A DNA stretch of 64,000 nt from positions 124,001 to 188,000 of IMG/VR virus record IMGVR_UViG_3300032285_004054, one strand, 5' to 3'. A program made the translations under genes and the position numbers. Shown here piece after piece: positions 49,625 to 58,420 of this stretch. The notes beneath the pieces are model-generated. The model searched no databases. It had not been told where the DNA came from and worked only from the letters and a program-made list of their open reading frames with translations. Within the stretch, counting starts at the first letter, position 1, and the number at the start of each line of letters is the position of its first letter.

Positions 49625-50122
49625 ATGAAAATAAAAGAATACCCTGATAAGAGGATTTGTACTATAGATTTCTATCCTCTATTAGAACAAGCTACTAAAG
49701 AAGTATTAACGGCTTGTAAGCGTTATAACATACCTCTTAATACTACCGGAAGGGGTTCAACAGATGTGTCCCGCTTTTTTTATCATTTTTGTTTAGAAAA
49801 GTTTCTAGAAGGGTACAAGAGCTGTAATTCAAAGTACCCTAAAGTACTGGTTTTTTACCCTATTACTAATGGTGTATTGAAGAATTTTGTTGACAAGGGA
49901 CTTGATAAGGTCCTTAAGATATTACCCGTGCCTTGGTGTAAGGTAAAGAAGTTTGATTCACCGGATACGTCAACAGCTGCGCTAGGTGCAATTGAAAAGA
50001 ATCGTAACGTAGCACAGAACTTAGACAAGTTTGCTAGATCGAATGAACTGTTTTCCTTCCTGAAGAAAAAATATAAAGTTTTTTTAAATGGTACAGTTGA
50101 TTTAACTGAAGACCCCCAATAA
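49625..50122 (+). CDS. Hypothetical protein
   Basis: ORF-track ATG (49619) abuts a TATAAT; the second ATG (49625) fits the 6-nt spacing seen elsewhere. Confidence 0.6.
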   Translation: MKIKEYPDKRICTIDFYPLLEQATKEVLTACKRYNIPLNTTGRGSTDVSRFFYHFCLEKFLEGYKSCNSKYPKVLVFYPITNGVLKNFVDKGLDKVLKILPVPWCKVKKFDSPDTSTAALGAIEKNRNVAQNLDKFARSNELFSFLKKKYKVFLNGTVDLTEDPQ

Positions 50123-50188
50123 GTGAATTAAAGACCCTTTAAGCCCCCTGAACAATTGTTTTTATGGAACTTTCAATAAATATATTAT

Positions 50189-50530
50189 ATGTCTAAATTC
50201 GCATCTGCTCTAAAATCTGTTTTTGAAGATATGGCTCTAGGAACACCTGCTCCTCAGGCCGGAAACTCTGCTGCAACCGCAAGTGCTCCTACTGCTACTG
50301 GTCCTGTTGCTACTTCTAATCCTCCTAATCAAACTTTAACTCCTAGTCCTTCTACTGGAGCACAGCCTAACCCTCTTAAAGCTGCAGCTGCTGTTACTGG
50401 TGCTAAGCCTAATTTACAAGCTAACGATCCTAACCTTTTAGCTTTTGCTAAATCTCAAAATTTAAATCCTCAAGATGTTTATAAAGCTTTAACATCTTCT
50501 GCTACTACCCATCAGCCTAACGTTCCTTAA
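50189..50530 (+). CDS. Ala/Pro/Thr-rich late protein
   Basis: AATAAATA at 50175-50182, 6 nt before the ATG; first gene of a tightly coupled operon. Confidence 0.7.
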   Translation: MSKFASALKSVFEDMALGTPAPQAGNSAATASAPTATGPVATSNPPNQTLTPSPSTGAQPNPLKAAAAVTGAKPNLQANDPNLLAFAKSQNLNPQDVYKALTSSATTHQPNVP

Positions 50531-50898
50531 TGCACGAGGCTGTAATCAATCTGCTTAAGCTTCAGAACCAATTACGTATTTGTCATTGGCAAACGGATTC
50601 TTTTTCTGAGCACAAAGCTCTTGATAAAGCTTATAACGGCTTAAATGGTGTTATTGATGATCTTGTAGAAGTTTATCAAGGTAAGCACGGAAAGCTAAAG
50701 TTTAACGATACTATTGATTTAACTTTAGTTAACTATGAAGAGATATCTCTTCAGGATATCCTTCAAGATGTTTACGAGTATCTTCAAACAACATTTGTTG
50801 ATGATATGGATCCAGAAATGGATACCGATCTTTTGAATATAAAAGACGAAGGTTTAGCTGTTATCAATCGTTTACGTTATCTTCTTACGCTTAAGTAA
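50530..50898 (+). CDS. Ferritin/Dps-like four-helix protein (DUF5856-like)
   Basis: LRICHWQT..FSEHKALDKAY...IDDLVEVYQGKHG...RLRYLLTLK. Confidence 0.78.
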   Translation: MHEAVINLLKLQNQLRICHWQTDSFSEHKALDKAYNGLNGVIDDLVEVYQGKHGKLKFNDTIDLTLVNYEEISLQDILQDVYEYLQTTFVDDMDPEMDTDLLNIKDEGLAVINRLRYLLTLK

Positions 50899-50908
50899 TA
50901 GATAACAT

Positions 50909-51871
50909 ATGCTTTCTGAATCTTTTTTAAGTTTTTATAAAAACGGTTCGTATATTACCGAGGGAGGTAATGTATTCGGTACTACTCATCCTATTAAGAA
51001 AGAATATATTGATTCTACTTTAAAAGAATTTTATAAACAACTTATCGGTATTTTTCCTGAGGCTGATATTCATTTTAAAAGTATTCGTACTTTAGGTTCT
51101 GTTGGCAAGAAGCCTGAATCTGGAGATATTGATCTTGCTTTATCAGAAGATTCATTTAAAAATATTGATGATTGGGGTCTGAATAGATCTGAAGTAAAAC
51201 ATCTTTTTGATTCTTTTAAAAAGAAATCTAGAACCGCAACTGATGAACTTCTTCTAAAGAGAGCAGTTATTGTAGCAATTGCTGAAAAAATAAACGAAAG
51301 CGAATGTGATATAGTTACTGATATTAAGGGTTCCTCTGCAGGATCTCTTTTTTGTCAATTTCCACAATTTGATGATCAAGGTAACAAACTAGAAACATTT
51401 GTTCAAATTGATATTAATGTAGGAAATCTAGATTGGTTATCCTTTGCTTATCATTCTGCTACATATTCTGGTAATGTTAAAGGTTTACATCGTACCCAGC
51501 TTCTTGTTTCCCTCTTTTCACATAAAGGTTATACATTTTCACACAATTACGGTGTAAAAGATAGAGAAACTCAAGAAATTGCAGCCTCTACTCCTCAAGA
51601 AGCCATCGAACTTTTAAATAAACTATACAATATTGAGTTAACTCCTGATATTGCTGGAGATTACTTCAAATTAATGAATTATCTAAAGTATGAACTCTCA
51701 CCTGAAGATCTTCATGCTGTATACGACACTTACTTACGAATTTTAGATAGTACAAGAGCTGATATACCTGAAGATTTACAGGAATATTGGAAAGAACATC
51801 AACAACGCTTAGGTCTTAAGGGTAAATTCTTACCTAATGAATCAAACCTAGCAAAATATAAAACAACATAA
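50909..51871 (+). CDS. Pol-beta superfamily nucleotidyltransferase-like protein
   Basis: LGSVGKKPESGDIDL (GS...DxD) plus third Asp in VQIDINV. Confidence 0.7.
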   Translation: MLSESFLSFYKNGSYITEGGNVFGTTHPIKKEYIDSTLKEFYKQLIGIFPEADIHFKSIRTLGSVGKKPESGDIDLALSEDSFKNIDDWGLNRSEVKHLFDSFKKKSRTATDELLLKRAVIVAIAEKINESECDIVTDIKGSSAGSLFCQFPQFDDQGNKLETFVQIDINVGNLDWLSFAYHSATYSGNVKGLHRTQLLVSLFSHKGYTFSHNYGVKDRETQEIAASTPQEAIELLNKLYNIELTPDIAGDYFKLMNYLKYELSPEDLHAVYDTYLRILDSTRADIPEDLQEYWKEHQQRLGLKGKFLPNESNLAKYKTT

Positions 51872-51872
51872 T

Positions 51873-53288
51873 ATGTCTGGAGTAGCAGGAGGTAATAGAA
51901 TCAAAAGACAAGACGTATCTGATACGTTCAATGACTATGTTAGAAGGGTTTTGACAAGAATTCCTTCTTTTGTTAATGCTTCCTTATCAGGTAGTGTAAA
52001 AGTAGGTGCAAAAGATGATTACGGTGATCTAGACCTTATTGTTTTGTTTAAAGGTAAGGATAAAAAAGTGGTAAAACAGCAAATTATTGATGTTGTTCAA
52101 TCTTTACCAGATGCCGTTATTGTACCTTTCAAAAATCCTCGCTATCAGGGTAGAAAATACTATAATGCTGGGGAATTAATATCCGTATTATTCCCTATTA
52201 CAGGCCGTCCCGGAGAATTTATACAGGTTGATAATAATGTAGCTTTATCAGTTGAAGAGCACACATTTAAAAACAATTTTTTAGATTTACCTGCTGAAAT
52301 TCAAGGACTTCTTATCGGTCTTACAAAAGTAGTAACACTCGAAGAAAAGCCTTCTGAGATTTTTAAAAAATTAGGTATTACAAATTTACCAAAATTAGCT
52401 AGTAATCAAGAATTTGAGTTTAATTTAAGCTCGGTCAATCTTTCTCTTAGAAAAGTTACTCTAGATGGATACAAAGAGTTATCCAGGGAAGTAGTTTGGA
52501 GTTCATCTGATTGGGAAAAAGTAAAATTACTTCTTAGTAAGTTCAATATCAATCTACCTTTTGAAGAGTTACTGAATAGTATTGCCAGACGCTTAACAAA
52601 TCCAAGATCCAAAGCAAGAATTGCAGGAATCTTTAAGAGTATGGTGAGTGTTAAGTCAGGGGAGGTAGGTACCGCTAAGGGAGCAGGTAAAGAAAAAGCA
52701 CTTCTTGCTGTAGCTCAAAAGCTTGCTGAATCTGTTGAAGAAAGTCAACAGGTTGTATCAATTTATGCCGGGGGGTTTAAACCACCTCATAAAGCACATT
52801 TTAGAAACGCACAAATTCTTGCAAACAAATCAAACAAATTAATAATTTTCATTGGACCGAAAATACGGGAAGGGTTAACAATAACACCTGAGCAATCTAA
52901 ATCTATTTGGGAGGTATACACCAAGTATATTGATGTACCTACCGAGGTAAGTATTAGTAGTATCACACCAATTAGAGATACATACGAATGGATTGACTTA
53001 AATCAGTCAACTGTCAAACAGATCATTACCGGTACAACAAAAGAAGAGATGGGTAAGTTCTCAAGTATAGCTAAAAACGCTGAAAAATACCCTAAAGTTA
53101 CCGTAGTTGAGTTACCGGTAATAACATACGGTGAAGATGAAAAATTCTCTGCAGGAGATATTAGAAAATCAGAAGATTATATCAAATCCGGTAGCTGGAT
53201 ACCTGCTGAGCTTAGTGAAGAGGATAAGAAAAAAGTTATTAATATAGCTCTACCGAAACAAGCGTTTAGAGAATATTTTAAGAAATAA
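51873..53288 (+). CDS. Fusion of Pol-beta-like nucleotidyltransferase and HIGH-family (cytidylyltransferase-like) domain
   Basis: N-terminal LSGSVKVGAKDDYGDLDL + IQVDN; C-terminal YAGGFKPPHKAH and FSAGDIRK. Confidence 0.75.
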   Translation: MSGVAGGNRIKRQDVSDTFNDYVRRVLTRIPSFVNASLSGSVKVGAKDDYGDLDLIVLFKGKDKKVVKQQIIDVVQSLPDAVIVPFKNPRYQGRKYYNAGELISVLFPITGRPGEFIQVDNNVALSVEEHTFKNNFLDLPAEIQGLLIGLTKVVTLEEKPSEIFKKLGITNLPKLASNQEFEFNLSSVNLSLRKVTLDGYKELSREVVWSSSDWEKVKLLLSKFNINLPFEELLNSIARRLTNPRSKARIAGIFKSMVSVKSGEVGTAKGAGKEKALLAVAQKLAESVEESQQVVSIYAGGFKPPHKAHFRNAQILANKSNKLIIFIGPKIREGLTITPEQSKSIWEVYTKYIDVPTEVSISSITPIRDTYEWIDLNQSTVKQIITGTTKEEMGKFSSIAKNAEKYPKVTVVELPVITYGEDEKFSAGDIRKSEDYIKSGSWIPAELSEEDKKKVINIALPKQAFREYFKK

Positions 53289-53294
53289 CTATAG

Positions 53295-53322
53295 TTGATA
53301 AAGAAATACGAGGTTATATAAT
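53295..53322 (+). promoter_or_regulatory. Sigma70-like promoter of the queD-queE operon
   Basis: TTGATA-16 nt-TATAAT-8 nt-ATG(53331). Confidence 0.68.
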
Positions 53323-53330
53323 AACCCGTA

Positions 53331-53612
53331 ATGAACACCGCAGAAACGTTTTCTTTTACAAAAGATGAACTAAATCTTATTACTGAATCTCTCTTATTTT
53401 CATCATCTGTTAATATCTGTGCAGATTGGGATGAAAATTCAATTACTAGTATGCTAGAGCTCGCTAAGAAGATTAAGAAGCATACAAAAACTGATACTGA
53501 TCTTAAAAATATTTACTTCTTAGAAGAAGAGAATTACGAAGAAAAGTGGACCGGTGATATTATTAAAAACTTTAAGGGAAAAATTAGAGTACTGGATTTA
53601 AGTAAAGCATAA
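53331..53612 (+). CDS. Hypothetical protein
   Basis: 93 aa, first gene of the queD operon. Confidence 0.7.
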   Translation: MNTAETFSFTKDELNLITESLLFSSSVNICADWDENSITSMLELAKKIKKHTKTDTDLKNIYFLEEENYEEKWTGDIIKNFKGKIRVLDLSKA

Positions 53613-53613
53613 T

Positions 53614-54132
53614 ATGTCTCAATACACATCTACTAAATTAATCGAGCTAGGCTCTTGTGCTTTTCGTCAATGGCGTGCTACCCACAGTCATTGCCAATAT
53701 ATTCACGGATATCGCTTAATGGCTAAGTTTTGGTTTGGTTGTGATTCTCTTGATGAGAAGAACTGGGCAGTTGACTTTGGAGGTCTTAAGGAGCTTAAGA
53801 AGATTCTTAACAATCAGTTTGACCACACCCTTTGTGTTGCTCAGGATGACCCTCTCCTAGAGGAGTTTAAGAAGCTAGATGATATTGGAGGTGTTCAACT
53901 CCGTATTATGGAATCAGTCGGTGTTGAAAAAACAGCCGAATGGTGCTTTAAAACAGCTAATGAGTTTGTAAAAAACCTAACACAGAATCGTTGCTGGGTA
54001 GAGAGTGTTGAAGTGTTCGAACACGAACAGAATTCTGCTATCTATTCTAAAGAAGATTTAACACTTAAAATAACACCTTCAGTAACTTCAACATCAAATA
54101 CATTTTATGCCTCAGACCGACCAGGAGTCTAA
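53614..54132 (+). CDS. queD: 6-carboxytetrahydropterin synthase
   Basis: HSHCQYIHGY, WAVDFGGLK, FDH, GVEK, VEVFE. Confidence 0.92.
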   Translation: MSQYTSTKLIELGSCAFRQWRATHSHCQYIHGYRLMAKFWFGCDSLDEKNWAVDFGGLKELKKILNNQFDHTLCVAQDDPLLEEFKKLDDIGGVQLRIMESVGVEKTAEWCFKTANEFVKNLTQNRCWVESVEVFEHEQNSAIYSKEDLTLKITPSVTSTSNTFYASDRPGV

Positions 54133-54322
54133 ACCTCTACTACTTAAACCTTACGCACCTGTAACAGGGGATGTATTTACAGAAGGTGAGTTCGGGTTTA
54201 CTAAACTCGTAGCTTTACTTAGTGTACTTGTATATGCACTCATTTATAATATTATTTGTACACCTTTAGGGTGGATTGGTATTGTAATATCTGCAATTGG
54301 GTATAAACTGATATCAAAATAA
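54107..54322 (+). CDS. Small membrane protein
   Basis: Two hydrophobic stretches; fills the queD-queE gap exactly. Confidence 0.55.
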   Translation: MPQTDQESKPLLLKPYAPVTGDVFTEGEFGFTKLVALLSVLVYALIYNIICTPLGWIGIVISAIGYKLISK

Positions 54323-54323
54323 T

Positions 54324-55154
54324 ATGGAAAATAATACATTAGAAATTTCAGAGCACTTCTACTCCGTACAATGTGAAGGTATCTCCACAGGTGTACCGGC
54401 GTATTTTATTCGTTTGAAAGGTTGTAATCTATCCTGTGGTTTTTCAGGTAAAGCTATTGTAGATCTTAAGCGTAATCTTGAAGAAGTTGAAGGTTATGTA
54501 GTAGGTGGTAATATAACTGGTGATTTACACAGTGAAGGTAAGGCAACATGGACATGTGATTCAGCACCTGTCTGGCTCAGAGGTGCTCATACTACATACG
54601 AGCAGCTAGTACAATCTTGGGTTGATCAAGGTATCCTAGATTGGATTCTAGATGGTACAATTCATCTTATCTGGACAGGAGGTGAACCTACAATACCTAA
54701 GCATCAAAAAGCAATTGTCGGTTTCTTGAAGTGGTTTGCTGACAAATATAAAACAGAAAAAGTTTATAGTGAGATTGAAACTAACGGTTCAATTGTTATT
54801 GAAGATAGTCTTCTTACTTGGCTAGATCAGATTAATTGCTCGGTTAAGCTTCATAATTCAGGCATGGATAAAGATAAGCGTATTAATGAACAGGCACTTC
54901 GCCGTATTAAGCTTCATCGCAATTATTCATTTAAGTTTGTAATCTCTGACGAGGAAGATTTAGTAGAAATTATTAGAGATTTTGTAGTACCTTTTGAAAT
55001 ACCTACTAACAGAATCTGTATGATGCCCGGACTAGATAGTCAAGAACATTACCATGAAAGGACACGTTTTGTTTTAGAGATGGCTAAGAAGTATGGTTTT
55101 AGAGGTTTATCACGTTTACATATTAGTGCTTGGGATCAAGCAACAGGTGTATGA
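54324..55154 (+). CDS. queE: 7-carboxy-7-deazaguanine synthase (radical SAM)
   Basis: EHFYSVQCEG..TGVPAYFIRLKGCNLSC...CDS, WTGGEP, IETNG, SVKL, FKFVI, RLHI. Confidence 0.92.
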   Translation: MENNTLEISEHFYSVQCEGISTGVPAYFIRLKGCNLSCGFSGKAIVDLKRNLEEVEGYVVGGNITGDLHSEGKATWTCDSAPVWLRGAHTTYEQLVQSWVDQGILDWILDGTIHLIWTGGEPTIPKHQKAIVGFLKWFADKYKTEKVYSEIETNGSIVIEDSLLTWLDQINCSVKLHNSGMDKDKRINEQALRRIKLHRNYSFKFVISDEEDLVEIIRDFVVPFEIPTNRICMMPGLDSQEHYHERTRFVLEMAKKYGFRGLSRLHISAWDQATGV

Positions 55155-55780
55155 AAATTGCTATAATAGGTACACATTGTAACGGTAAGACAACTCTTAT
55201 TGAGGAATTTCTAAAGCGCTGGCCAATGTATAAGAAGCCAGCGAAGACGTATAGAGATTTCTTAAATGATAAGAAAATAAAAATTAATCAAAAAGGCACT
55301 AAAGAGAGCCAGAGAGCGATACTTGATGCACTTATTGATGAAGTACAAACGGCTTGCGGATCAGGAGATGAGTTTCTTATCTTTGATCGTTGTGTATTAG
55401 ACAATCTTGTTTATTCACTTTGGCTTAATGCAAAAGGTAAAGTTGATGATAACTTTATTATGGATTGTAAGTTTCTAGTATCTGAAACAATTAAGCTTTT
55501 TGATATTATCTTTTACATACCTTTAAGAGAAGAAATTAAATTAGAGAAGAGAAAACATAGAGATATTGACCCTGTTTATCGAGAGGAAATTGATAATATA
55601 TTCTCAGCGGTTATTGGTACATATCTTACTGGGTCAGGTATTTTCTTTCCGTTAAGTGATTGCCCGGCTGTTATTGAAATTGAAGGTCCGCCGGATCTAA
55701 GATGCGATCAAATACAGCTCTATATTAAAGATACAGGAAAAACGTATACAGAGGAAGATCCATCGTTAATTTATACATAA
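55151..55780 (+). CDS. P-loop nucleotide kinase (AAA_28/dNMP-kinase-like)
   Basis: MKIAIIGTHCNGKTTL, FDRCVLD, IIFYIP; ATGA overlap with the queE stop (start moved from 55130). Confidence 0.8.
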   Translation: MKIAIIGTHCNGKTTLIEEFLKRWPMYKKPAKTYRDFLNDKKIKINQKGTKESQRAILDALIDEVQTACGSGDEFLIFDRCVLDNLVYSLWLNAKGKVDDNFIMDCKFLVSETIKLFDIIFYIPLREEIKLEKRKHRDIDPVYREEIDNIFSAVIGTYLTGSGIFFPLSDCPAVIEIEGPPDLRCDQIQLYIKDTGKTYTEEDPSLIYT

Positions 55781-55798
55781 TCATATTAAATATATGAT

Positions 55799-56800
55799 AT
55801 GTTGGATTTTAGGTCAATAGTACATGAAAAGCTCTTTTTAGAAGAAGAAGAGATAGCTTCGCCTCCTACCAGTACTGCAAGTGATGCTGAGATAACTTTT
55901 TTTAAGAAAATTAACACAGCTAATAGTTCAATTCCTCAAAAACAAGAAGATGTTAGGAAATTTGTACAAACACTTTTAAGTAAACAAAGCGATTATCAGG
56001 CTGTAAAGGATTTTATTCCTTATGAGGATTATCTACCTATAATAGACATTATCTATACCAGTCTAGGTAGTAAAGCAGGTTTTTTAGCAAGTAAAAGCCC
56101 AGATGGTACCTTAGATAAACTTTGGAATAACGTTAATGCTGCGCTAGATGCAAATCCTACTATTTTAAATAAACTTAAAAATAAAAATATTGATACGTAC
56201 GTATATCAGGATACTGTTATAGAAGGAATGGCCAAGAATATTCTAGATTTTAAAAATAAGAGCTTAATAGCAGCAGCAGCTTATCAAACAATAGGTCCAA
56301 TGTTTATTGTACCGGCCTTAGAATCAATTTTCGAAAAAAGACTTAGCGTCGAAACACAGTTAAAAATTTCAGGTAATAAAACAGGCTATGTAACACCGGA
56401 TATTTACAGAAGCTTTATACAGGATATTTTTACACACTACACTGAATACAGTACAGGCGGAAAAAAAGTAGATGATAAAATACTTTCAGGTTTAACAGAA
56501 GCAGGTATAAACTATCAAGCTTTAATTTATATAGCAATTTCTACTATAAAATTTTATAATAACCTATTAGTAGATTTATTAACTAAATCGTTTGCAGAAG
56601 ATGATCCTAAGCAAGATATAATCGGTAAATATCTAGAAAAGGAATTAGTAGATAACACTAATGCAAAAAAATATGCATTTCAGTTAGCGTTAACAGGTAA
56701 ATTTAACTCTGATTTTGGAGTCAAAACCTCTGATATTGAAAAATCACCTGCTGGTAAACAACAATTTCCAGCATCACCAACACCAACACCAACTGCGTAA
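55799..56800 (+). CDS. Hypothetical late protein
   Basis: 333 aa; TAAATA 6 nt before the ATG; MLDFRSIVHEKLFLE start. Confidence 0.75.
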   Translation: MLDFRSIVHEKLFLEEEEIASPPTSTASDAEITFFKKINTANSSIPQKQEDVRKFVQTLLSKQSDYQAVKDFIPYEDYLPIIDIIYTSLGSKAGFLASKSPDGTLDKLWNNVNAALDANPTILNKLKNKNIDTYVYQDTVIEGMAKNILDFKNKSLIAAAAYQTIGPMFIVPALESIFEKRLSVETQLKISGNKTGYVTPDIYRSFIQDIFTHYTEYSTGGKKVDDKILSGLTEAGINYQALIYIAISTIKFYNNLLVDLLTKSFAEDDPKQDIIGKYLEKELVDNTNAKKYAFQLALTGKFNSDFGVKTSDIEKSPAGKQQFPASPTPTPTA

Positions 56801-56808
56801 ACATATAT

Positions 56809-57147
56809 ATGAGTAATTTATTTGATAAAATTATAAGCGAAATTTTGTTAGAAGGTAACGGTTATAATCGCGCCGCGCGAGGTGCCGGAGGCGGTAATCG
56901 CTCTAAGCAAAAAAGATACGGTGTAAAAAAATTCACACCGCCTGCTCCTGAGACTCCAACAGCACCTGTACAGGAAATTATCGATTATTCTAAAAATTTA
57001 TACACACTTAACTTTATTGAAAGCTTAAAAGATACTGATGGTAATGTAATTATTACTAAGTTTAAAGAAATATGTTCTGGTGTTCAAGCTAAACCTGAAA
57101 CACCAGGATTTGATTTTGGCATTTTCGGTAAAGGTTTAAACTTCTAA
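56809..57147 (+). CDS. Hypothetical late protein
   Basis: MSNLFDKIISEILLEG start; coupled operon. Confidence 0.7.
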   Translation: MSNLFDKIISEILLEGNGYNRAARGAGGGNRSKQKRYGVKKFTPPAPETPTAPVQEIIDYSKNLYTLNFIESLKDTDGNVIITKFKEICSGVQAKPETPGFDFGIFGKGLNF

Positions 57148-57148
57148 T

Positions 57149-57388
57149 ATGAGCAAAAAATTTAATACATTAGTAGAAAGCTTTTTCCCTACAACACTTA
57201 AGTTGGTAACAAGGGTTCGCTACCCGAAACAAATACAATTTAGTCAGGAGTTTCATGAAGCTTTAAAGAAAGAGTATCAGAGACTTCAAACAATTGAAGA
57301 AAAAGAAACCGAGCAGCAAATCGCTCCTATTAGAAATTACAGAGATAAATTTCTTAAAGCAGTAAATTTTTGTATTAGAGCTCTTTAA
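57149..57388 (+). CDS. Hypothetical late protein
   Basis: 79 aa; coupled operon. Confidence 0.6.
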   Translation: MSKKFNTLVESFFPTTLKLVTRVRYPKQIQFSQEFHEALKKEYQRLQTIEEKETEQQIAPIRNYRDKFLKAVNFCIRAL

Positions 57389-58386
57389 CGTTTAAGCTTT
57401 AACTTAGCCTCGATACCTGAGTAAGCGTTATCAACGATATATTTGTACGGAAATTCGTTAAGTTGTAAACTCGTACATACTTCATTTATATCTTTAAATT
57501 TACTAAACTCTTTCGGCCAAATAAAGATCTTCTTACCAGAGTCAACAACTGATAATATCTTCTTATCTACTTCTTTATTATCTTTATCGTTATCGTAGAC
57601 GTATATAAGCTCATGACCAAAGCAAGTATTGAGAAATTGTTCCTGCTTTTCTGTCGTTGATGTACCACCCATTGCTACTGCATTTCTAACAAACATAGCA
57701 TCAATAGGTCCCTCAAAAATAAAGATATACGGTATATCTGAATCAATATTATTTTCGCCGTACAAACATTTTTCACCATACTTAGTTAGGTATTTTGGAA
57801 ATGCATCACCGCACAATACTCTACTCTGATAGCTTTCTATTTTATTATTTTTAGAGTAAAAAGGTATAATAAGTCTATTCTTATGTACCTTGTCATCAAA
57901 TGACATATAAAGAGCCTTAGGTCTATTTACTGCAGTTGTTAATCTTCTCTCTTGACAGTACGTTAACGCACTTTCAATTAACGGCCACTGACTCGTATCT
58001 TTAAAGAAATTACATTGATAGTCTTCAAACAAATTTATACTATCCTCCGGTATTGAAGGAACAGATTTAGTATATGTATTACTATTTTTTGAACTTACCG
58101 GGTCGGTAATTGTGTCATATGTTTTAGATTCTCTTAGAATCTCACTATAGCTTTTTTTACTTACCTCTTGAATCCAAGAAGACTCTTGCCAAGATCTACT
58201 ACAGTTAAAGCAGTAAAAATACCTATCATTAGTAAAATAAAACAAACGCCGCTTACTGCCAGCCGAAGAGCCTTCATTACATATACAACATTCTGCATTG
58301 TAGCACCCCTGGTGTTTTTTGTAAGTAGGTCGCTTGCAGTAGGTATAGATGTTTTGTACAACATAACTTTGAGGTAGTAACTCCAC
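57385..58386 (-). CDS. gp61: DNA primase
   Basis: Zn finger CCIC...YCFNC, RLIIPF, PKY, TOPRIM FEGPIDAMF, VYDND, KDINE. Confidence 0.94.
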   Translation of the reverse strand: MELLPQSYVVQNIYTYCKRPTYKKHQGCYNAECCICNEGSSAGSKRRLFYFTNDRYFYCFNCSRSWQESSWIQEVSKKSYSEILRESKTYDTITDPVSSKNSNTYTKSVPSIPEDSINLFEDYQCNFFKDTSQWPLIESALTYCQERRLTTAVNRPKALYMSFDDKVHKNRLIIPFYSKNNKIESYQSRVLCGDAFPKYLTKYGEKCLYGENNIDSDIPYIFIFEGPIDAMFVRNAVAMGGTSTTEKQEQFLNTCFGHELIYVYDNDKDNKEVDKKILSVVDSGKKIFIWPKEFSKFKDINEVCTSLQLNEFPYKYIVDNAYSGIEAKLKLKR

Positions 58387-58392
58387 CTCAAT

Positions 58393-58420
58393 AGTATACT
58401 ATATTTTTATAACTTATCTA
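58393..58420 (-). promoter_or_regulatory. Sigma70-like promoter of primase
   Basis: TAGATA-16 nt-TATACT-6 nt-GTG(58386). Confidence 0.55.
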
